This document shows, piece after piece, positions 42,759 through 59,264 of a stretch of 64,000 bases of DNA; position 1 is the first letter of the stretch, and each line of letters opens with the position of its first letter. This DNA is from Escherichia coli. GTDB lineage: Bacteria > Pseudomonadota > Gammaproteobacteria > Enterobacterales > Enterobacteriaceae. Position numbers and translations under genes: made by a program. The notes beneath the pieces were generated by a model, which did not search any database, was not told the DNA's origin, and saw nothing but the letters and a program-made list of their open reading frames with translations. The stretch lies in NCBI RefSeq assembly GCF_013122565.1, contig NZ_CP053258.1; one strand, 5' to 3'.

Positions 42759-42946
42759 GCTCACTCCTTCCGATGGCGTCTCTGGCGGCTACGGCGTACC
42801 GGCGGATGCCCGTTTCGGGTCATCAGCCGGTTGCGCAGCCACTTTTGTCGCCGCGACAACCGCTGTAGTTTAACGAATAACCACACCAGATAACATATAA
42901 CCGGAAGGGTTATCAGCAGAACGGGAAGGCCCACGGCGGAAATCCG

Positions 42947-43456
42947 TTAGTTACCCCGCAGCAGACGCATCATGTCTTCTTGCTTCTCGTCTTCTTCCTC
43001 TTCTTCGTCATCGTCATAAGAGAGGCCGAGTTTCTGCATCAACTCATCAATACGATCCAGTTTAGCATCCACCCAGGATTGCTCTTCGGCGCTCAGGGTT
43101 TCGCCTGCTTCCAGACGTTCCAGCAGCGCATCCAGACGCTCATCCGTTTCCAGTAATTCCAACTCCGCCTGCGGTGAAAGCATAGGTTTCTCACTCTTCG
43201 GTTTGTGCTGTTTGGTGACTTTTTCAGTCACGCCCAATGGAATAGGGGTTTTGCTGCCAATACGTGGATCTTTCGGTGCGTTCTGGCCTTTGCTGCCTGA
43301 CGTGGTGTTACCGCCCGCTGCGCGGCTGCCCGGCGCATGACCACGACGTTTTTTCTGACGCTTACGGTCACGAGCTTCCTGATCCAGCTCCTCGCGTGTT
43401 TTTCGACGCGCTTTTGCATGACCTTTGCTGCGTGAGTTTGAAGATGATGGTTTCAT
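42947..43456 (-). CDS. yihI: Der GTPase-activating protein YihI
   Basis: Highly basic N-terminus and acidic C-terminal tail; 169 aa from [12 protein letters not shown]. Confidence 0.85.
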   Translation of the reverse strand: MKPSSSNSRSKGHAKARRKTREELDQEARDRKRQKKRRGHAPGSRAAGGNTTSGSKGQNAPKDPRIGSKTPIPLGVTEKVTKQHKPKSEKPMLSPQAELELLETDERLDALLERLEAGETLSAEEQSWVDAKLDRIDELMQKLGLSYDDDEEEEEDEKQEDMMRLLRGN

Positions 43457-43522
43457 AATGGTTCGTCTTTTAGCCGTTTTATTCAGTATAGATTTGCGGC
43501 GGAATCTAACAGAAAGCAAGCA

Positions 43523-43767
43523 AAGAAAAAAGGCGACAGATTACTCTGTCGCCTTTTTTCCTGACTCATAACCCTTAACGGGTCTTACAATCCTTGCAGG
43601 CCGCCAACACACCCTGTTTTTCCATTAGCCGGAACAATCCGTGTTGATTCCATTTCCGTTTAATTACGTCTCCGGACGTTTGTCTTCCTGACAATCCTCT
43701 GTCTTCGCCTCCTGGCGCTCCTGACCCTCATCCTGAGTCATTGTTCCTGTTAGCGTCCTCGCTCTAT
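43523..43767 (-). ncRNA. csrC: CsrC small RNA (CsrA-sequestering)
   Basis: Minus-strand sequence begins ATAGAGCGAGGACGCTAACAGGAACAATGACTCAGGATGAGGGTCAGGAGCG, carries many GGA motifs, and ends in the terminator GGCGACAGAGTAATCTGTCGCCTTTTTT; lies between yihI and engB. Confidence 0.8.
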
Positions 43768-44037
43768 GGGTGCTACTTTACGCCTTTGCTTTAAACAAAC
43801 AATCAACCGCCATCAGCATTTGCACATTTTCAGAGTTTTATATAAAAGCAATTAGCTGATTTATATAGCTTATTTGATATGGATCGCAGAATTTTCTCTG
43901 CTATTTCGCATAAAGACTATCGGCAATGTCTCACAAAGCGTATGGCTTTTACTTACAACGCTCACGCCGAAAAATCCGCCTTTTATTATGGTTCAGGTAT
44001 AATCGCCACAAAGCTTTGACTGACGGAGACGACCGCT

Positions 44038-44670
44038 TTGACTAATTTGAATTATCAACAGACGCATTTTGTGATGAGTGCGCCAGATATTCGCCACCTA
44101 CCTTCCGATACCGGAATTGAAGTGGCTTTTGCAGGCCGTTCCAACGCAGGTAAATCCAGCGCGCTGAACACGCTGACTAACCAGAAAAGCCTGGCTCGTA
44201 CCTCAAAAACCCCTGGACGCACCCAGCTTATCAACCTGTTTGAAGTGGCTGACGGCAAGCGTCTGGTTGACTTGCCTGGGTACGGTTATGCGGAAGTCCC
44301 GGAAGAGATGAAGCGCAAATGGCAGCGCGCGCTCGGCGAATACCTCGAAAAACGTCAGAGCCTGCAAGGTCTGGTGGTGCTAATGGATATTCGCCATCCG
44401 CTGAAAGATTTGGATCAGCAGATGATTGAGTGGGCGGTAGACAGCAATATCGCCGTTCTGGTGCTGCTGACCAAAGCGGACAAACTGGCAAGCGGCGCAC
44501 GTAAAGCGCAATTGAATATGGTGCGTGAAGCGGTGCTGGCGTTTAACGGTGATGTGCAGGTTGAAACGTTTTCTTCGCTGAAGAAACAAGGCGTGGACAA
44601 GCTGCGGCAGAAACTGGATACCTGGTTTAGCGAGATGCAGCCTGTAGAAGAAACGCAGGACGGCGAATAA
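44038..44670 (+). CDS. engB: Ribosome biogenesis GTPase EngB/YihA
   Basis: TTG start; [23 protein letters not shown]1 GRSNAGKSS. Confidence 0.9.
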
Positions 44671-44684
44671 TTTTCTTGCCTTAA

Positions 44685-44770
44685 AGCTTGTGCCGGATGT
44701 GGCGTATCCGGCCCGTAAATTCAATAGATTACAATTCTACCGTTGGCCTGATAAACATGGCGCATCAGGC
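44685..44770. repeat. REP palindromic elements
   Basis: gccggatgtggcgtatccggc and ggcctgataaacatggcgcatcaggc. Confidence 0.7.
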
Positions 44771-44794
44771 ATTACGGACTTTTTCTTTCGCCCA

Positions 44795-44903
44795 ATAAAA
44801 AACGCCCCAGTCATTACTGACTGGGGCGGCTAAAATATTCAGCCAAATCCGATTACGTGAAGTAAAAGGTCTGAAAGATAGAACATCTTACCTCTGTACC
44901 CTA
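44795..44903 (-). ncRNA. spf: Spot 42 small RNA
   Basis: Reverse complement reads GTAGGGTACAGAGGTAAGATGTTCTATCTTTCAGACCTTTTACTTCACGTAATCGGATTTGGCTGAATATTTTAGCCGCCCCAGTCAGTAATGACTGGGGCGTTTTTTA. Confidence 0.9.
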
Positions 44904-45051
44904 CGCGACTAACTTTACTCTTTTTTGTTCAGTTCAGAAAGCACTTTTTGTAATTTTTTTTCAGTTGTTGCATAGGAATTTCTAATAGCCATCACAAAAC
45001 GTGACAGCTTATGTTGCTTACTTACGAAAAAAGGGCATGTTCAGGCGAATC

Positions 45052-47838
45052 TTAGTGCGCCTGATCCCAGTTTTCGCCACTCCCCACTTCCACCAGCAAC
45101 GGCACATCCAGACGGGTACAGTTTTCCATCAGTTGATGAATCTGCTTCGCGACGGCATCGACATCATCTTTATGAACTTCAAATACCAGTTCATCGTGTA
45201 CCTGCATGATCATACGCACACGCGGTTGCTCAGCCTGTAACCACGCATCAACGGCAATCATCGCCCGTTTGATAATGTCGGCGGCGGTTCCCTGCATTGG
45301 CGCGTTAATAGCTGCACGTTCAGCCGCTGCACGACGAGCACCATTGCTGGATTTGATATCCGGCAGATACAGACGGCGTCCGTCCAGCGTTTCAACGTAG
45401 CCCTGCTCTTTCGCCTGAGCACGGGTGCGTTCCATATACTCCAGCACGCCAGGGTAGCGTTCGAAGTAAAGGTCCATGTACTTCTGCGCTTCTTTACGTG
45501 GAATGTTCAATTGCCGCGCCAGACCGAAAGCACTCATGCCATAAATCAGACCAAAGTTGATCGCTTTCGCGCTACGGCGTTGCTCGCTGGTGACGGTTTC
45601 CAGTGGCAAACCAAACACTTCTGCCGCCGTTGCCCGGTGGATATCTTTTCCTTCCGCGAATGCGGTCAGCAAGCCTTTGTCACGCGAGAGATGCGCCATA
45701 ATGCGCAGTTCAATCTGCGAGTAGTCCGCTGAGACAATCACATAATCCTCTGGCGCAATAAACGCCTGGCGGATACGACGACCTTCTTCGTTACGCACCG
45801 GAATGTTTTGCAGGTTAGGATCGGTTGACGATAAACGTCCCGTTGCAGTTACTGCCTGGTGATAAGAGGTATGCACACGCCCGGTTTTCGGGTTGATCAT
45901 CAGCGGCAGCTTGTCGGTGTAAGTCGACTTCAGCTTCGCCAGACCACGATACTCCAGAATCACTTTTGGCAACGGATAGTCCAGCGCCAGTTCTTCCAGT
46001 ACCTCTTCCGACGTTGACGGCGCGCCACCCGGCGTTTTCTTCAGCGGTTTAATGCCCTGTTTTTCAAACAGAATGGTTTGTAACTGCTTGGTGGAAGAAA
46101 GGTTAAATTCTTCACCTGCAATTTCATGCGCTTTCTTTTCCAGCTCAGCAAGACGAAGGGTGAGCTCTTCAGAATGATTGTGCAGCACTTTCGGATCGAT
46201 CTTCACACCGTTACGTTCAATGCGTGAAAGCACCGGCACCAGCGGCATTTCGATATTCTCGAAGACGTTCAACGGCCCTTTGTGTTTTTGCAGATCCGGC
46301 CACATTTTCAGATGCAACTGCAAGGTGACATCCGCATCTTCGGCGGCGTAACGTCCGGCCTCTTCGAGGGCAATCTGGTTAAAGGTCAGTTGATTTTTGC
46401 CTTTACCCGCAATCTCTTCAAAAGTGATGGTTTTGTGCTTCAACCAACGTTCCGCGAGGCTGTCCATATCGTGACGCCCGGCAACGCTATTGAGAATGTA
46501 GGACTCCAGCATGGTATCAAACGCAATCCCACGCAGCTCAATGCCGTAATTCGCCAGAATACCGCGGTCGTATTTCAGGTTTTGCCCGACCTTCAGCGCC
46601 TTTTCATTTTCCAGCAGCGGTTTTAGCAACTCGAGTGCACGCTCGCGAGAGATTTGATCGGGCGCATCAAGATAATCATGAGCAACCGGAATATATGCCG
46701 CTACGCCTGGCTCGATAGCAAAAGAAAGCCCGACCAGGTTAGCAGAGATGTTATCGAGGCTGTCGGTTTCGGTATCAAATGCAAATACCGGCGCTTTTTC
46801 CAGCTTCGCAATCCACGCTTTCAGTGTTTCTTCATCAAGGATGGTGACGTAGTTGTCATAAGAAATCACCGTTGCCGTCACTTCTGGCGCTTCGTCTGCA
46901 ACACTGGTTTCCTGCGGTCTGGCTGCGGGTTTCGCCCCTTTAGCCTGTAACCATTTGCCCGCTTCGACATCAGCAGTCCAGCGTTTGAACTCATACTTTT
47001 TGAACAGCCCCAACAACTCTTCCGCCGCCGGTTGCTGCACTTCCAGTTGTTCACAGGTCAGCTCCAGTTCAACGTCGGTTTTAATCGTCGCCAGCTGGTA
47101 TGAGAGATAAGCAACTTCTTTGTTTTGCTCGAGCTTCGCTGCCATTGTTTTCGCGCCACGGAAGCTCAACCCAGCAATTTTTTCTGGCTCGGCATACAGC
47201 GTATCCAGTCCGCCAAGACCTTGCAGCAATGCCTGCGCGGTTTTTTCACCGACGCCCGGTACGCCAGGGATGTTATCAGAGGAGTCACCCATCAGCGCCA
47301 GGAAGTCGATGATCAGTTCAGGCGGCACGCCGTACTTATTCACCACCTCTTCCGGTCCGAGGATGGTATTCGTCATGGTATTGATAAGCGTAATATTTGG
47401 CGTCACCAGCTGCGCCATATCTTTATCGCCAGTGCTGATCAGCACCGGACGCCCAGCTTTTTCGGCTTCGCGCGCCAGAGTACCGATAACGTCGTCCGCT
47501 TCTACGCCAGAAACCGCCAGCAGCGGCAGTCCCATCGCTTTAACCATCGCGTGCAGAGGTTCGATTTGTGCTCGCAGATCGTCCGGCATTGGCGGGCGAT
47601 GTGATTTGTAATGTTCAAACAGTTCATCACGAAAGGTTTTTCCCTTGGCGTCAAAGACCACCGCTGCATGCGTCGGTTTATATTGCATGATCAGACTGCG
47701 CAGCATGTTGAGGACACCATACATCGCACCGGTAGGCTCGCCTGCGCTGTTAGTCAGCGGGGGAAACGCGTGATATGCGCGATAAAGATAAGATGAACCA
47801 TCTACAAGGATAAGTGGATTTTGGGGGATCTGAACCAT
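45052..47838 (-). CDS. polA: DNA polymerase I
   Basis: 928 aa; [21 protein letters not shown] 5'-nuclease N-terminus; Klenow motifs. Confidence 0.95.
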   Translation of the reverse strand: MVQIPQNPLILVDGSSYLYRAYHAFPPLTNSAGEPTGAMYGVLNMLRSLIMQYKPTHAAVVFDAKGKTFRDELFEHYKSHRPPMPDDLRAQIEPLHAMVKAMGLPLLAVSGVEADDVIGTLAREAEKAGRPVLISTGDKDMAQLVTPNITLINTMTNTILGPEEVVNKYGVPPELIIDFLALMGDSSDNIPGVPGVGEKTAQALLQGLGGLDTLYAEPEKIAGLSFRGAKTMAAKLEQNKEVAYLSYQLATIKTDVELELTCEQLEVQQPAAEELLGLFKKYEFKRWTADVEAGKWLQAKGAKPAARPQETSVADEAPEVTATVISYDNYVTILDEETLKAWIAKLEKAPVFAFDTETDSLDNISANLVGLSFAIEPGVAAYIPVAHDYLDAPDQISRERALELLKPLLENEKALKVGQNLKYDRGILANYGIELRGIAFDTMLESYILNSVAGRHDMDSLAERWLKHKTITFEEIAGKGKNQLTFNQIALEEAGRYAAEDADVTLQLHLKMWPDLQKHKGPLNVFENIEMPLVPVLSRIERNGVKIDPKVLHNHSEELTLRLAELEKKAHEIAGEEFNLSSTKQLQTILFEKQGIKPLKKTPGGAPSTSEEVLEELALDYPLPKVILEYRGLAKLKSTYTDKLPLMINPKTGRVHTSYHQAVTATGRLSSTDPNLQNIPVRNEEGRRIRQAFIAPEDYVIVSADYSQIELRIMAHLSRDKGLLTAFAEGKDIHRATAAEVFGLPLETVTSEQRRSAKAINFGLIYGMSAFGLARQLNIPRKEAQKYMDLYFERYPGVLEYMERTRAQAKEQGYVETLDGRRLYLPDIKSSNGARRAAAERAAINAPMQGTAADIIKRAMIAVDAWLQAEQPRVRMIMQVHDELVFEVHKDDVDAVAKQIHQLMENCTRLDVPLLVEVGSGENWDQAH

Positions 47839-47961
47839 AATGTCCGTGCCTGTTTATCAGTTTATGGGTAAAGGATGCCACAGACAGGATGAAAACATGA
47901 GTTTTTCGCCGCTTTTCGTGAAAATCTTTTGTAGATCTTCTGGATCGCTCGCAAATCGTCA

Positions 47962-47970
47962 TGTGGATAA
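47962..47970 (-). promoter_or_regulatory. DnaA box (TTATCCACA) in polA upstream region
   Basis: Plus strand tgtggataa is the reverse complement of the 9-mer consensus; a second near-consensus box tgtggatag lies at 48103-48111. Confidence 0.5.
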
Positions 47971-48201
47971 CTTTGTGCATAAATTATTTACATCGCTTTT
48001 AATTTATTATCATGCTTTTTACAGCATGATGTTTGTCTTTGTTTTTCATGTAGTTAAAAATAAAGCCATCCCTAATAATTGAGATAATGGGATTTTTTCT
48101 AATGTGGATAGATATGAATTATTTTTCTCCTTAAGGATCATCCGTTATTTGGGGCGTTTTCTGCTAAAATCTGCGCCTTGCGCTTCTTTAGCGCACTGTC
48201 T

Positions 48202-49134
48202 ATGGCTAACCTTTTGAATAAATTCATTATGACGAGAATACTCGCTGCGATAACCCTTTTGCTGAGTATCGTATTGACCATTTTGGTCACTATTTTTTGC
48301 TCCGTCCCGATCATCATTGCCGGGATTGTAAAACTATTGCTACCTGTGCCAGTCATTTGGCGAAAGGTTTCGCGTTTTTGTGATTTTATGATGTATTGCT
48401 GGTGCGAAGGTCTGGCGGTATTACTGCATCTGAACCCACACCTGCAATGGGAAGTTCACGGGCTGGAAGGGTTAAGTAAGAAGAACTGGTATCTGCTTAT
48501 TTGTAACCACCGTAGTTGGGCAGATATTGTCGTACTGTGCGTGCTGTTTCGTAAGCACATTCCGATGAATAAATATTTCCTCAAGCAGCAACTGGCCTGG
48601 GTGCCTTTTCTTGGCCTGGCGTGCTGGGCGCTGGATATGCCGTTTATGAAGCGTTATTCCCGCGCTTATTTATTACGTCATCCGGAGCGACGTGGTAAAG
48701 ATGTCGAAACCACTCGGCGTTCTTGTGAAAAGTTTCGCCTGCATCCCACCACAATTGTCAATTTCGTTGAAGGCTCCCGTTTCACGCAAGAAAAACATCT
48801 ACAAACCCACTCCACTTTTCAAAACTTGTTGCCACCAAAGGCGGCAGGCATTGCGATGGCGCTAAATGTACTGGGTAAACAATTCGATAAACTTCTTAAT
48901 GTTACGCTGTGTTATCCGGACAATAACCGTCAGCCGTTCTTCGATATGTTAAGCGGTAAACTGACGCGAATTGTCGTACATGTGGATTTGCAGCCTATTT
49001 CCGATGAGTTACATGGCGACTACATCAATGACAAAAGCTTTAAGCGCCATTTTCAGCAATGGCTGAACTCACTGTGGCAGGAAAAAGACCGGCTTCTGAC
49101 GTCGTTGATGTCATCACAGCGGCAGGACAAGTAA
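48202..49134 (+). CDS. yihG: Acyltransferase (PlsC-like) YihG
   Basis: 310 aa from [16 protein letters not shown] acyltransferase motif. Confidence 0.85.
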   Translation: MANLLNKFIMTRILAAITLLLSIVLTILVTIFCSVPIIIAGIVKLLLPVPVIWRKVSRFCDFMMYCWCEGLAVLLHLNPHLQWEVHGLEGLSKKNWYLLICNHRSWADIVVLCVLFRKHIPMNKYFLKQQLAWVPFLGLACWALDMPFMKRYSRAYLLRHPERRGKDVETTRRSCEKFRLHPTTIVNFVEGSRFTQEKHLQTHSTFQNLLPPKAAGIAMALNVLGKQFDKLLNVTLCYPDNNRQPFFDMLSGKLTRIVVHVDLQPISDELHGDYINDKSFKRHFQQWLNSLWQEKDRLLTSLMSSQRQDK

Positions 49135-49174
49135 ATTTTGCTCGCCTCTGAATGAGCAGAGGCGAGTGAGTATT

Positions 49175-50605
49175 TTAATGAACAAAACGTCCGGCACGAG
49201 ACATAAATTCTTCTTCGCTCATCTCCTGTCCGTTAAAAACAACTTTACCCGGTGTATAACGCAGTTGCAGCGAGGCGGTATTGTTGTCAATCGTGATTAA
49301 CTGAAACATCTGACCTAAGGTCATCATCCCGCTGATTTGTTTATCAGCCTGCTTTTGCGCTTTTTCCGCATCCATTCCTTCAGATAAATTAAGCTGTTTT
49401 GCGATTTCTGTGACGACATTAAGCGGTAACTTCACATCAAAATTGAGCGATTTGATATCTTTGTTTGTGGATGATGAAGATTTGGCTGGGTCGGCAATAC
49501 TGATATCCAGATTGGCATTTAGTTCGCCGAGTGCGTTCTTCCATCTTACCGGTTGTTTAATGGTCGGCTCACTTTGTTGTAATAACGGTAAATACTCTTT
49601 GAACAATGCAGCATTCACTTCTTGCAGAGCAACTTCATCGTTTGCTAACTCAGGGTGTGCAGCAAGCTGCTTCTGCATCGCAATGTTATAATGGATGATA
49701 AATTGGCGCACTGCTGAGGGATCAATAGATTCAGCAATCAATGACCACTCACCACTACCGAGTTGCTGATTCCCTTTTGTTAACTTATCAAGTTCGTAGG
49801 TCAGATTGACATTGATATAATCTTTGTCTTTAACGCGATCCAGCCTGGTTTTTGCAACGAAAGCATCGATTTGGGCAACGTCTTCCCCCTGATTGATAAT
49901 ATTAACCTGATTAAATTTCGACTCGCTTTCACCAACCGGAAATTTCTTTTCTTCTAATCGTGTCAGAGAATCAATGGTAAAACTTTTTGCCGTTACTTTG
50001 TTCATTGGTGATAATTGCAGAACAATATCTTCGACTTTGCCTTCAATATCCAGGTTAGACAATGAACTACCATCACCATTAAAAGTAAACTGGCCTTCAC
50101 CAAAGGAAAACTTTCCATACTCTGCAGGGGCAACATCTAATGTCGTGGAGAAGGAGCCACCAAACGCGAATCGCAATGTTGCTTCCACGGGCGATTTATT
50201 TTTCGCGGCAATAAATAGCGGTTGTGTCAGTTCATTATTCACTAAGCTCACTTTTGCCGCTGCCAGTGCTGGGATGACATTACCATGCATTAACATTGTG
50301 ATGGGCAACGGACCGTGCTCAACATCCACATCAAATGCAACTTTCTGGCCTGGCTTGATATTGAGATCGGGTGCACCGTTATCAAATGAAATTTGCATTT
50401 GAAAATGGGAATTAAAAAAGCCTTTGTCAAAGTTTTTATAACTTAACGTCATATCGTAGGCATGTTCACCTTTCTTTTTAGCATCGTTAAAATCTTTAAT
50501 AAATTTTTCGACACCAGGCTGAATTTGCGTACCTGTGTACCATGTGCCACCACCCCAGATTACGGCTAACGCAACAATAACACCTGTAGCTGACTTACGT
50601 ATCAT
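49175..50605 (-). CDS. yihF: DUF945-family protein YihF
   Basis: ORF 49175-50647; 476 aa from MIRKSATGVIVALAV (N-terminal signal/TM). Confidence 0.8.
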   Translation of the reverse strand: MIRKSATGVIVALAVIWGGGTWYTGTQIQPGVEKFIKDFNDAKKKGEHAYDMTLSYKNFDKGFFNSHFQMQISFDNGAPDLNIKPGQKVAFDVDVEHGPLPITMLMHGNVIPALAAAKVSLVNNELTQPLFIAAKNKSPVEATLRFAFGGSFSTTLDVAPAEYGKFSFGEGQFTFNGDGSSLSNLDIEGKVEDIVLQLSPMNKVTAKSFTIDSLTRLEEKKFPVGESESKFNQVNIINQGEDVAQIDAFVAKTRLDRVKDKDYINVNLTYELDKLTKGNQQLGSGEWSLIAESIDPSAVRQFIIHYNIAMQKQLAAHPELANDEVALQEVNAALFKEYLPLLQQSEPTIKQPVRWKNALGELNANLDISIADPAKSSSSTNKDIKSLNFDVKLPLNVVTEIAKQLNLSEGMDAEKAQKQADKQISGMMTLGQMFQLITIDNNTASLQLRYTPGKVVFNGQEMSEEEFMSRAGRFVH

Positions 50606-50759
50606 ATAAATATTCCCTGATAAAACAGCAAAACTTTGAATATCCACTTATGCTGAAATAATGTCCAGCGGCAGGATGCATTATCAGAATGTATTTATAT
50701 TTATTAAATAATAAAAAAAGCCCGTGAATATTCACGGGCTTTATGTAATTTACATTGAA

Positions 50760-51386
50760 TTATTTTTTCTCGGACAGATATTTCACTGTATCAGCATACT
50801 GCTGAACAAAAACATCCATATTGCTGGTATCCATACCCTGCGGATTCAGCTGATATTTACCGTTAACAAACATCGCCGGAACACCACGCAATTGCACGTC
50901 AGCTGCAGCTTTTTCCTGCTGAGCGACCAGAGATTTCACCACGAAGCTGTTCCACGCCGCGTCGTACTCTTCACCTTTAATACCTGCGTTGATAAATACA
51001 TCGCGGATATCAGAAGCAGAACGAATGGTCTGGGTTTTCTGTACGCCTTCAAACAGCGGAACAGTGACTTTGTCTTCCACGCCCAGCGCCATCGCCACAG
51101 CCCATGCCTGAGTCAGATCTTTGCCCAGGTCACCACCCATGAAGTTGACGTGGTATTTAGTCATCTTCACGCCTTCCGGCAGTTTTTTCTTCACATTATC
51201 AGAAATATGCAGAACTTCTTCAAACTGATAGCAGTGCGGGCAGAAGAAAGAGAAAAACTCCAGCACTTGCGGCGCGCCAGCTACCGGTTTTTCCAGGGTA
51301 GTGTACTGTTTACCATCTTCATACTGCGCCGCCGATGTGCTAAACGCTAAAACTAAACCAGCCAGCGCCAGCCAAATCTTTTTCAT
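50760..51386 (-). CDS. dsbA: Periplasmic thiol:disulfide oxidoreductase DsbA
   Basis: 208 aa; signal peptide; active site [12 protein letters not shown]. Confidence 0.95.
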
Positions 51387-51402
51387 GATCTACTCTCTCC
51401 GA

Positions 51403-52389
51403 TTAATACATAGGTGTTAATTGCAAAGGGGGTTCTTGTAGAACTTTTGCCTGTTCTATAAAAGTCGCCGTCTGTCGTAGCCAGTAATCTTCCCCGGTTA
51501 ACCACGGGAAATTTTTCGGGAACGCGGGATCAGCCCAACGCCGTATTAGCCAGGCAAGATAATAAACCAAACGCATGGCGCGTAAAGGTTCAATCAGTCC
51601 GATTTCAGCGGTGTCGAACTCGCTAAATTCTTCATAAGCTTCAATAATAGTTTCCAGTTGCATCCGCTGCTCGGCTTTATCGCCATTGAGCAACATCCAC
51701 AAATCCTGAATAGCTGGACCATTACGTGCATCATCCAGATCAACAAACATTGGACCATCGCGCCAGAGAATATTCCCGGCGTGGCAGTCTCCATGTAGCC
51801 GCAGAACGGTGAAATCTTCCCGCCAGTGTGCTGTAACGGCGGCGATCAGCTCATCTGTCGCTTTCAGGAATGCCGCTTTCAACCCGGAAGGTATCAGTGT
51901 AGCGTCCTCAAACAGCTTGCGTGGCTCAATGAGATATTCATTCAGACCGATGGTCGGGCGATGGATAAAAAGCTGTTTGCGCCCCGTCTGGTGCATACGC
52001 CCTAAATAACGCCCAACCGCTTCCATCTGATCGATATTATCAGCTTCGAACTGGCGACCACCGACGCTGGGAAAAACAGCGAAATAAAATCCCTGATGAT
52101 TCAATAAAGTCTGACCGTTAAAAGCCACAGGTGCTGCAACCGGAACTTCATCATTTACCAGCTGCAACGCAAATTGATGTTCTTCGAGGATTTGATCGGC
52201 TGTCCAACGTTCAGGACGATAAAATTTGACGACAAAACGTCGACGATCTTCGTCCTGAAATTGATAGACACGGTTTTCATAGCTGTTAAGCGGGGTAAGA
52301 CCGGAATCCACCCGGATCCCATGCTCAAACAGAGCGTCCATGATGGTATCCGGGTGTAGTGTCTGGAAAGTAAAAGCGCTGTTGTTCAT
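51403..52389 (-). CDS. srkA: Stress-response Ser/Thr kinase SrkA (YihE)
   Basis: 328 aa; kinase-like LHGDCHAGN and VDLDD motifs. Confidence 0.85.
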   Translation of the reverse strand: MNNSAFTFQTLHPDTIMDALFEHGIRVDSGLTPLNSYENRVYQFQDEDRRRFVVKFYRPERWTADQILEEHQFALQLVNDEVPVAAPVAFNGQTLLNHQGFYFAVFPSVGGRQFEADNIDQMEAVGRYLGRMHQTGRKQLFIHRPTIGLNEYLIEPRKLFEDATLIPSGLKAAFLKATDELIAAVTAHWREDFTVLRLHGDCHAGNILWRDGPMFVDLDDARNGPAIQDLWMLLNGDKAEQRMQLETIIEAYEEFSEFDTAEIGLIEPLRAMRLVYYLAWLIRRWADPAFPKNFPWLTGEDYWLRQTATFIEQAKVLQEPPLQLTPMY

Positions 52390-52465
52390 CCTATCATCCG
52401 GAAAACATTACGAATGATGAAGGATATCATTTCACGATGATTTTGGTGGCGCCGCTTACAAGCTT

Positions 52466-52735
52466 TTACTCTTTAATTACGCCGCGAGCGCGTAACAGCG
52501 CCGTTTTGAAGTCTTCTTCATAATCTTTCTGCAAACCCGGGATCACCGCATCTTTCGCGGAATCACGCATTTTCAGGTGATAGATCAGAATGTCATCCGT
52601 CAAATCCGCCAGTTCGCCGTCAAAACCTGACTCTTTCGCCAGTTTCTGCAAAAATTGCAACAGGTTAAGGTCTGGCTCTTTTTGCCAGGCTGGCTGGAGG
52701 AGTTCAATAACTTCATTCAGACGTTTACATTTCAT
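52466..52735 (-). CDS. yihD: Small protein YihD
   Basis: 89 aa from [14 protein letters not shown]. Confidence 0.8.
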
Positions 52736-52804
52736 AGTGATGCTCCTTACTCTTGAGACAGACACGTTAGCAGGGTCAATCCCACAATAAAAGAGGCGAT
52801 ATCG

Positions 52805-53389
52805 GTGAATCTGATGACGACGATAACAGGCGTTGTGCTGGCGGGCGGTAAAGCCAGACGAATGGGCGGCGTAGATAAAGGATTGCTGGAATTAAATGGC
52901 AAACCGCTGTGGCAACATGTCGCTGACGCGCTTATGACGCAGCTCTCTCACGTCGTGGTTAATGCTAATCGTCATCAGGAAATCTATCAGGCAAGCGGTC
53001 TGAAAGTGATTGAAGATTCACTGGCGGATTACCCAGGCCCTCTGGCAGGAATGCTTTCAGTAATGCAGCAGGAAGCTGGTGAGTGGTTTTTGTTTTGTCC
53101 GTGCGATACGCCTTACATTCCCCATGATTTAGCCGCCCGGCTTAATCATCAGCGCAAAGATGCGCCTGTCGTGTGGGTCCATGACGGTGAACGCGATCAC
53201 CCGACTATTGCTCTGGTAAACCGCGCTATTGAGCCTTTGTTGCAGGAATATTTGCAAACCGGAGAACGACGGGTAATGGCATTCTTGCGTCTGGCTGGCG
53301 GGCATGCGGTTGATTTCAGCGATCATAAAGATGCATTTGTTAACGTGAATACGCCAGAGGAGCTTGCCCGATGGCAGGAAAAACGATGA
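52805..53389 (+). CDS. mobA: Molybdenum cofactor guanylyltransferase
   Basis: 194 aa; [20 protein letters not shown]. Confidence 0.9.
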
Positions 53390-53898
53390 TACCGTTGCTC
53401 GCCTTTGCTGCGTGGAGTGGCACCGGAAAAACTACGCTTTTGAAAAAACTGATCCCGGCATTATGCACCAGAGGGATCCGTCCGGGGCTGATTAAGCATA
53501 CGCACCATGATATGGATGTTGATAAGCCAGGCAAAGATAGCTATGAGCTGCGCAAGGCTGGCGCGGCACAAACCATCGTTGCCAGCCAGCAACGATGGGC
53601 CTTGATGACGGAAACACCAGACGAAGAAGAGCTGGATCTACATTTTCTCGCCAGTCGAATGGATACCTCAAAGCTGGATTTGATTCTGGTCGAAGGGTTT
53701 AAGCATGAAGAGATCGCAAAGATTGTGCTGTTTCGCGATAGAGCCGGGCATCGACCGGAAGAATTAGTGATAGACAGGCATGTTATTGCTGTAGCCAGTG
53801 ATGTGCCGCTTAATCTTGATGTCGCGTTACTGGATATTAATGATGTTGAGGGGCTGGCTGATTTTGTGGTGGAGTGGATGCAAAAGCAGGACGGATAA
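53371..53898 (+). CDS. mobB: Molybdopterin-guanine dinucleotide biosynthesis adapter protein
   Basis: P-loop WSGTGKTT; overlaps mobA end. Confidence 0.85.
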   Translation: MAGKTMIPLLAFAAWSGTGKTTLLKKLIPALCTRGIRPGLIKHTHHDMDVDKPGKDSYELRKAGAAQTIVASQQRWALMTETPDEEELDLHFLASRMDTSKLDLILVEGFKHEEIAKIVLFRDRAGHRPEELVIDRHVIAVASDVPLNLDVALLDINDVEGLADFVVEWMQKQDG

Positions 53899-53960
53899 GC
53901 AAGAGTAGGCTGGATAAGACGCGCCAGCGTCGCATCCGGCATTTTTTTCTGCGCCAATGC

Positions 53961-53990
53961 AAAAAGGCCATCCGTCAGGATGGCCTTTCG
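53961..53990. terminator. Bidirectional intrinsic terminator between mobB and 5S rRNA (rrn terminator)
   Basis: aaaaaggccatccgtcaggatggcctttcg hairpin with flanking A/T runs. Confidence 0.75.
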
Positions 53991-53999
53991 CTTAATTTG

Positions 54000-54119
54000 A
54001 TGCCTGGCAGTTCCCTACTCTCGCATGGGGAGACCCCACACTACCATCGGCGCTACGGCGTTTCACTTCTGAGTTCGGCATGGGGTCAGGTGGGACCACC
54101 GCGCTACGGCCGCCAGGCA
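54000..54119 (-). rRNA. rrfA: 5S ribosomal RNA
   Basis: Reverse complement matches the E. coli 5S sequence TGCCTGGCGGC...GGAACTGCCAGGCAT (120 nt). Confidence 0.95.
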
Positions 54120-54211
54120 AATTCTGTTTTATCAGACCGCTTCTGCGTTCTGATTTAATCTGGATCAGGCTGAAAATCTTCTCTCATCCGCCAAAACAGC
54201 TTCGGCGTTGT

Positions 54212-57115
<2,904 letters not shown>

Positions 57116-57288
57116 TCACAACCCGAAGATGTTTCACTTCAGAGTTGCGAAAATTTGAGAGACTCACGAACAACTTTCGTTGTTCAGTGTTTCAATTTTC
57201 AGCTTGATCCAGATTTTTAAAGAGCAAAACTTCGCAGTGAACCTTTGCAGGTACACTCTGAAGTATTTTTTATTTAATCACTACAGAG

Positions 57289-57364
57289 ATGGTGGAGCTA
57301 TGCGGGATCGAACCGCAGACCTCCTGCGTGCAAAGCAGGCGCTCTCCCAGCTGAGCTATAGCCC
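57289..57364 (-). tRNA. alaT: tRNA-Ala (UGC)
   Basis: Reverse complement GGGGCTATAGCTCAGCTGGGAGAGCGCCTGCTTTGCACGCAGGAGGTCTGCGGTTCGATCCCGCATAGCTCCACCA. Confidence 0.95.
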
Positions 57365-57406
57365 CATAACATGTAGTTAAAACCTCTTCAAATTTGCGGT
57401 GCAAAT

Positions 57407-57483
<77 letters not shown>

Positions 57484-57552
57484 TGTAGAGGTTTTACTGC
57501 TCATTTTCATCAGACAATCTGTGTGAGCACTGCAAAGTACAGTTCTTTAAGG

Positions 57553-59093
<1,541 letters not shown>

Positions 59094-59221
59094 TAAAAGT
59101 TTGATGCTCAAAGAATTAAACTTCGTAATGAATTACGTGTTCACTCTTGAGACTTGGTATTCATTTTTCGTCTTGCGACGTTAAGAATCCGTATCTTCGA
59201 GTGCCCACACAGATTGTCTGA

Positions 59222-59238
59222 TAAATTGTTAAAGAGCA
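59222..59238 (-). promoter_or_regulatory. rrn leader boxA antitermination element
   Basis: Minus strand TGCTCTTTAACAATTTA. Confidence 0.8.
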
Positions 59239-59264
59239 GTGCCGCTTCGCTTTTTCTCAGCGGC

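Noticed and set aside
47100-47611. Plus-strand ORFs (47120-47611 and 47125-47604) antisense to polA
   Set aside because: Overlapping frame artefacts within DNA polymerase I coding sequence.
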